DNA from: Eledone cirrhosa
Taxonomy: Eukaryota
DNA: 64,000 nt
Direction of reading: 5' to 3'
Assembly: GCA_964016885.1 (NCBI GenBank)
Contig: OZ024744.1
Span: 120,404,001-120,468,000, forward strand
The position numbers and the translations under genes were made by a program. Below the pieces are notes generated by a model. That model was not told the DNA's origin. It saw nothing but the letters and a program-made list of their open reading frames with translations, and searched no databases. Shown one piece after another: positions 56,700-64,000 of the stretch (positions are counted from its first letter, which is position 1; each line of letters begins with the position of its first letter).

Positions 56700-59600
56700 T
56701 CTAACCACATGTCACAGTATCAGAGCTGTGATCTCTCAATTCAGAGATTCTTTCCTCAGACATTCTAACCACATCTCATAGTATCAGAGCTGTGATCTCT
56801 CAATTCAGAGATTCTTTCCTGAGACATTCTAACCACATGTCATAGTATCAGAGCTGTGATCTCTCAATTCAGATATTATTTCCTGAGACATTCTAACCAC
56901 ATGTCATAGTATCAGAGCTGTGATATCTCAATTCAGAGATTCTTTCCTGAGATATTCTAACCACATGTCTGTAGTATCAGAGCAGTATGCTCTCAATTCA
57001 GAGATTCTTTCCTGCGACATTCTAACCACATGTCATAGTATCGGAGCTGTCATCTCTCAATTCAGAGATTCTTTCCTGAGACATTCTAACCACATGTCAT
57101 AGTATCAGTGCTGTGATATCTCAATTCAGAGATTCTTTCCTGAGATATTCTAACCACATGTCATAGTATCAGATCTGTGATCTCTCAATTCAGAGATTCT
57201 TTCTTGAGACATTCTAACTCCATGTCCACAGTATCAGAGCTGTGAACTCTCAATTCAGAGATTCTTTCCTGAGACATTCTAACCACATGTCATAGTATCA
57301 GAGCTGTGATCTCTCAATTCAGATATTCTTTCCTGAGACATTCTAACCACATGTCACAGTATCAGATCTGTGATCTCTCAATTCAGAGATTCTTTCCTCA
57401 GACATTCTAACCACATCTCATTGTATCAGAGCTGTGAACTCTCAATTCAGAGATTCTTTCCTGAGACATTCTAACCACATGTCATGTTATCAGTGCTGTG
57501 ATCTCTCAATTCAGATATTCTTTCCTGAGACATTCTAACCACATGTCATAGGATCAGAGTTGTGATCTCTCAATTCAGAGATTCTTTCCTGAGATATTCT
57601 AACCACATGTCATAATATCAGAGCTGTGATCTCTCAATTCAGAGATTCTTTCCTGAGACATTCTAACCACATATCACAGTATCAGAGCTGTGATCTCTCA
57701 ATTCAGAGATTCTTTCCTCAGCCATTCTTACCACATCTCATAGTATCAGAGCTGTGATCTCTCAATTCAGAGATTCTTTCCTGAGACATTCTAACCACAT
57801 GTCATAGTATCAGAGCTGTGATCTCTCAATTCAGATATTCTTTCCTGAGACATTCTAACCACATGTCATAGGATCAGAGTTGTGATCTCTCAATTCAGAG
57901 ATTCTTTCCTGAGATATTCTAACCACATGTCATAGTATCAGAGCTGTGATCTCTCAATTCAGAGATTCTTTCCTGAGACATTCTAACCACATGTCACAGT
58001 ATCAGAGATGTGATCTCTCAATTCAGAGATTCTTTCCTCAGACATTCTAACCACATCTCATAGTATCAGAGCTGTGATCTCTCAATTCAGATATTCTTTC
58101 CTGAGACATTCTAACCACATGTCATAGGATCAGAGTTGTGATCTCTCAATTCAGAGATTCTTTCCTGAGATATTCTAACCACATGTCATAGTATCAGATC
58201 TGTGATCTCTCAATTCAGAGATTCTTTCTTGAGACATTCTAACTCCATGTCCACAGTATCAGAGCTGTGAACTCTCAATTCAGAGATTCTTTCCTGAGAC
58301 ATTCTAACCACATGTCATAGTATCAGAGCTGTGATCTCTCAATTCAGAGATTCTTTCCTGAGACATTCTAACCACATGTCACAGTATCAGAGCTGTGATC
58401 TCTCAATTCAGAGATTCTTTCCTCAGACATTCTAACCACATCTCATAGTATCAGAGCTGTGATCTCTCAATTCAGAGATTCTTTCCTGAGACATTCTAAC
58501 CACATGTCATATTATCAGAGCTGTGATCTCTCAATTCAGATATTCTTTCCTGAGACGTTCTAACAACATGTCATAGGATCAGAGTTGTGATCTCTCAATT
58601 CAGAGATTCTTTCCTGAGATATTCTAACCACATGTCATAATATCAGAACTGTGATCTCTCAATTCAGAGATTCTTTCCTGAGACATTCTAACCACATGTC
58701 ACAGTATCAGAGCTGTGATCTCTCAATTCAGAGATTCTTTCCTCAGACATTCTAACCACATCTCATAGTATCAGAGCTGTGATCTCTCAATTCAGAGATT
58801 CTTTCCTGAGATATTCTAACCACATGTCATAGTATCAGAGCTGTGATCTCTCAATTCAGAGATTCTTTCCTGAGACATTCTAACCACATGTCACTGTATC
58901 AGAGCTGTGATCTCTCAATTCAGAGATTCTTTCCTCAGACATTCTAACCACATCTCATAGTATCAGAGCTGTGATCTCTCAATTCAGAGATTCTTTCCTT
59001 AGACATTCTAACCACATGTCATAGTATCAGAGCTGTGATCTCTCAATTCAGATATTATTTCCTGAGACATTCTAACCACATGTCATAGTATCAGAGCTGT
59101 GATATCTCAATTCAGAGATTCTTTCCTGAGATATTCTAACCACATGTCTGTAGTATCAGAGCAGTATGCTCTCAATTCAGAGATTCTTTCCTGCGACATT
59201 CTAACCACATGTCATAGTATCGGAGCTGTGATCTCTCAATTCAGAGATTCTTTCCTGAGACATTCTAACCACATATCATAGTATCAGTGCTGTGATATCT
59301 CAATTCAGAGATTCTTTCCTGAGATATTCTAACCACATGTCATAGTATCAGATCTGTGATCTCTCAATTCAGAGATTCTTTCTTGAGACATTCTAACTCC
59401 ATGTCCACAGTATCAGAGCTGTGAACTCTCAATTCAGAGATTCTTTCCTGAGACATTCTAACCACATGTCATAGTATCAGAGCTGTGATCTCTCAATTCA
59501 GAGATTCTTTCCTGAGACATTCTAACCACATGTCACAGTATCAGAGCTGTGATCTCTCAATTCAGAGATTCTTTCCTCAGACATTCTAACCACATCTCAT

Positions 59601-60400
59601 AGTATCAGAGCTGTGATCTCTCAATTCAGAGATTCTTTCCTGAGACATTCTAACCACATGTCATATTATCAGAGCTGTGATCTCTCAATTCAGATATTCT
59701 TTCCTGAGACATTCTAACCACATGTCATAGGATCAGAGTTGTGATCTCTCAATTCAGAGATTCTTTCCTGAGATATTCTAACCACATGTCATAATATCAG
59801 AGCTGTGATCTCTCAATTCAGAGATTCTTTCCTGAGACATTCTAACCACATGTCACAGTATCAGAGCTGTGATCTCTCAATTCAGAGATTCTTTCCTCAG
59901 CCATTCTTACCACATCTCATAGTATCAGAGCTGTGATCTCTCAATTCAGAGATTCTTTCCTGAGACATTCTAACCACATGTCATAGTATCAGAGCTGTGA
60001 TCTCTCAATTCAGATATTCTTTCCTGAGACATTCTAACCACATGTCATAGGATCAGAGTTGTGATCTCTCAATTCAGAGATTCTTTCCTGAGATATTCTA
60101 ACCACATGTCATAGTATCAGAGCTGTGATCTCTCAATTCAGAGATTCTTTCCTGAGACATTCTAACCACATGTCACAGTATCAGAGATGTGATCTCTCAA
60201 TTCAGAGATTCTTTCCTCAGACATTCTAACCACATCTCATAGTATCAGACCTGTGATCTCTCAATTCAGATATTCTTTCCTGAGACGTTATAAACACATG
60301 TCATAGGATCAGAGTTGTGATCTCTCAATTCAGAGATTCTTTCCTGAGATATTCTAACCACATGTCATAGTATCAGAGCTGTGATCTCTCAATTCAGAGA
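56700..60400. repeat. 34-monomer duplication (2179 bp) built on a ~5-monomer sub-period
   Basis: ggatcagag at 57551, 57871, 58127 is repeated at 59730, 60050, 60306 (offset 2179). ORF starts 56920 and 59099 also differ by 2179. Confidence 0.85.
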
Positions 60401-63400
60401 TTCTTTCCTGAGACATTCTAACCACATGTCACAGTATCAGAGATGTGATCTCTCAATTCAGAGATGCTTTCCTCAGACATTCTAACCACATCTCATAGTA
60501 TCAGAGCTGTGATCTCTCAATTCAGAGATTCTTTCCTGAGACATTCTAACCACATGTCATAGTATCAGAGCTGTGATCTCTCAATTCAGATATTATTTCC
60601 TGAGACATTCTAACCACATGTCATAGTATCAGAGCTGCGATCTCTCAATTCAGAGATTCTTTCCTGAGACATTCTAACCACATGTCATAGTATTAGAGCT
60701 GGGATCTCTCAATTCAGAGATTATTTCCTGAGACATTCTAACCACATGTCATAGTATCAGAGCTGTGATCTCTCAATTCAGAGATTCTTTCCTGAGACAT
60801 TCTAACCACAAGTCATAGTATCAGAGATGTGATATCTCAATTGAGAGATTCTTTCCTGAGATATGTTAACCACATATCATATTATCAGAGCTGTCATCTC
60901 TCAATTCAGAGATTCTTTCCTGAGACGTTCTAACCACATGTCATAATATCAGTGCTATGATCTCTCAATTCAGAGATTCTTTCCTGAAACATTCTAACCA
61001 CATATCTGTAGTATCAGATCTGTGATCTCTCAATTCAGAGATTCTTTCCTGATACATTCTAACTACATGTCATAGTATCAGAGCTGTGATCTCTCAATTC
61101 AGAGATTCTTTCCTGAGACATTCTAACCACATGTCATAGTATCAGTGCTGTGATCTCTCAATTCAGAGATTCTTTCCTGAGATATTCTAACCACATGTCA
61201 TAGTATCAGAACTGTGATATCTCAATTCAGAGATTCTTTCCTCAGCCATTCTAACCACATCTCATAGTATCAGAGTTGTGATCTCTCAATTCAGAGATTC
61301 TTTCCTGAGACATTCTAACCACATGTCATAGTATCAGAGCTGTGATCTCTCAATTCAGATATTCTTTCCTGAGACATTCTAACCACATGTCATAGGATCA
61401 GATTTGTGATCTCTCAATTCAGAGATTCTTTCCTGAGATATTCTAACCACATGTCATAGTATCAGAGCTGTGATCTCTCAATTCAGAGATTCTTTCCTGA
61501 GACATTCTAACCACATGTCACAGTATCAGTGCTGTGATCTCTCAATTCAGAGATTCTTTCCTCAGACATTCTAACCACATCTCATAGTATCAGAGCTGTG
61601 ATCTCTCAATTCAGAGATTCTTTCCTGAGACATTCTAAGCACATGTCATAGTATTAGTGCTGTGATCTCTCAACTCAGATATTCTTTCCTGAGACATTAG
61701 AACCACATGTCATAGGATTAGAGTTGTGATCTCTCAATTCAGAGATTCTTTCCTGAGATATTCTAAACACATGTCATAGTATCAGATCTGTGATCTCTCA
61801 ATTCAGAGATTCTTTCTTGAGACATTCTAACTGCATGTCCACAGTATCAGAGCTGTGAACTCTCAATTCAGAGATTCTTTCCTGAGACATTCTAACCACA
61901 TGTCATAGTATCAGAGCTGTGATCTCTCAATTAAGAGATTCTTTCCTGAGACATTCTAACCACATGCCACAGTATCAGAGCTGTGATCTCTCAATTCAGA
62001 GATTCTCTCCTCAGACATTCTAACCACATCTCATAGTATCAGAGCTGTGATCTCTCAATTCAGAGATTCTTTCCTGAGACATTCTAACCACATGTCATTG
62101 TATCAGAGCTGTGATCTCTCAATTCAGATATTCTTTCCTGAGACATTCTAACCACATGTCATAGGATCAGAGTTGTGATCTCTCAATTCAGAGATTCTTT
62201 CCTGAGATATTCTAACCACATGTCATAATATCAGAGCTGTGATCTCTCAATTCAGAGATTCTTTCCTGAGACATTCTAACCACATGTCACAGTATCAGAG
62301 CTGTGATCTCTCAATTCAGAGATTCTTTCCTGAGACATTCTAACCACATGTCATAGTATCAGAGCTGTGATCTCTCAATTCAGATATTCTTTCCTGAGAC
62401 ATTCTAACCACATGTTATAGGATCAGAGTTGTGATCTCTCAATTCAGAGATTCTTTCCTGAGATATTCTAACCACATGTCATAGTATCAGAGCTGTGATC
62501 TCTCAATTCAGAGATTCTTTCCTGAGACGTTCTAACCACATGTCACAGTATCAGAGCTGTGATCTCTCAATTCAGAGATTCTTTCCTCAGCCATTCTTAC
62601 CACATCTCATAGTATCAGAGCTGTGATCTCTCAATTCAGAGATTCTTTCCTGAGATATTCTAACCACATGTCATAGTATCAGAGCTGTGATCTCTCAATT
62701 CAGAGATTCTTTCCTGAGACATTCTAACCACATGTCACAGTATCAGAGATGTGATCTCTCAATTCAGAGATTCTTTCCTCAGACATTCTAACCACATCTC
62801 ATAGTATCAGAGCTGTGATCTCTCAATTCAGATATTCTTTCCTGAGACATTCTAACCACATGTCATAGGATCAGAGTTGTGATCTCTCAATTCAGAGATT
62901 CTTTCCTGAGATATTCTAACCACATGTCATAGTATCAGATCTGTGATCTCTCAATTCAGAGATTCTTTCTTGAGACATTCTAACTCCATGTCCACAGTAT
63001 CAGAGCTGTGAACTCTCAATTCAGAGATTCTTTCCTGAGACATTCTAACCACATGTCATAGTATCAGAGCTGTGATCTCTCAATTCAGAGATTCTTTCCT
63101 GAGACATTCTAACCACATGTCACAGTATCAGAGCTGTGATCTCTCAATTCAGAGATTCTTTCCTCAGACATTCTAACCACATCTCATAGTATCAGAGCTG
63201 TGATCTCTCAATTCAGAGATTCTTTCCTGAGACATTCTAACCACATGTCATATTATCAGGGCTGTGATCTCTCAATTCAGATATTCTTTCCTGAGACGTT
63301 CTAACAACATGACATAGGATCAGAGTTGTGATCTCTCAATTCAGAGATTCTTTCCTGAGATATTCTAACCACATGTCATAATATCAGAACTGTGATCTGT

Positions 63401-64000
63401 CAATTCAGGGATTCTTTCCTGAGACATTCTAACCACATGTCACAGTATCAGAGCTGTGATCTCTCAATTCAGAGATTCTTTCCTCAGCCATTCTTACCAC
63501 ATCTCATAGTATCAGAGCTGTGATCTCTCAATTCAGAGATTCTTTCCTGAGACATTCTAACCACATGTCATAGTATCAGAGCTGTGATCTCTCAATTCAG
63601 ATATTCTTTCCTGAGACATTCTAACCACATGTCATAGGATCAGAGTTGTGATCTCTCAATTCAGAGATTCTTTCCTGAGATATTCTAACCACATGTCATA
63701 GTATCAGAACTGTGATCTCTCAATTCAGAGATTCTTTCCTGAGACATTCTAACCACATGTCACAGTATCAGAGCTGTGATCTCTCAATTCAGAGATTCTT
63801 TCCTCAGACATTCTAACCACATCTCATAGTATCAGAGCTGTGATCTCTCAATTCAGAGATTCTTTCCTGAGACATTCTAACCACATGTCATAGTATCAGA
63901 GCTGTGATCTCTCAATTCAGATATTATTTCCTGAGACATTCTAACCACATGTCATAGTATCAGAGCTGTGATATCTCAATTCAGAGATTCTTTCCTGAGA

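Larger units (their letters stand above)
1..64000. repeat. Tandem satellite array, 64-bp monomer (minor 65-bp class), about 1,000 copies, single orientation, runs off both window ends
   Basis: Bases 1-64 (attcagagat...gatctctca) recur at 65 and 129 and continue without interruption to 64000. Monomers typically differ from consensus by only a few substitutions. No unique sequence seen. Confidence 0.99.

Noticed and set aside
39921-59281. Seven 60-aa ORFs (MISQFRDSFLRHSNHMS...) as protein-coding genes
   Set aside because: They start at GTG inside the repeat, sit at the apparent length threshold, and simply translate three monomers in rotating frames. There is no recognisable domain or gene context.
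1-64000. CRISPR array (64-65 bp period with a palindromic segment resembles repeat plus spacer)
   Set aside because: There are no unique spacers; the segment between dyads is essentially the same in every unit. No leader or cas genes are present.
1-64000. Giant repeat-protein CDS or an antigenic-variation/diversity-generating cassette system
   Set aside because: The 64-bp period is not a multiple of 3, stops are frequent, and the track lists no ORF above 60 aa. No recombinase, reverse transcriptase or expression locus is in the window, and variants are inherited in blocks as expected from duplication.
1-64000. tRNA, 5S or other structural RNA tandem array; telomeric repeat; G-quadruplex array; CENP-B box
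   Set aside because: No cloverleaf or polymerase III box pattern, no TTAGGG-like unit, only isolated GGG in variants, and the CENP-B box needs CpG-containing TTCG and CGGG motifs absent from the consensus.
1-64000. Embedded transposon, unique island or strand inversion
   Set aside because: On reading through, every line stays in the same monomer orientation and register. No poly(A) tail, terminal repeat or foreign sequence was seen.

Overview
The whole 64 kb window is one uninterrupted, head-to-tail satellite DNA array of about 1,000 monomers, all in one orientation. The consensus 64-bp monomer is ATTCAGAGATTCTTTCCTGAGACATTCTAACCACATGTCATAGTATCAGAGCTGTGATCTCTCA (25/64 G+C, no CpG); a minority class is 65 bp. 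I see no credible gene, RNA gene, CRISPR array or transposon insertion, and the seven 60-aa ORFs are read-throughs of one recurring three-monomer variant block. The real structure lies in the variants. There are nested, locally changing higher-order repeats (periods of about 709, 1412/1605, 1865, 1925, 2179, 3144, 4171, 4882 and 6300 bp) and a left-to-right turnover of variant families in three domains. An 18-bp dyad spans every monomer junction, and some variant series look like decay of ancestral methylated CpGs. This resembles eukaryotic heterochromatic satellite from a long-read assembly. The human 64-bp WaluSat is a candidate identity based on recalled monomer length only and is unverified. 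All offsets were counted by hand from diagnostic variants.
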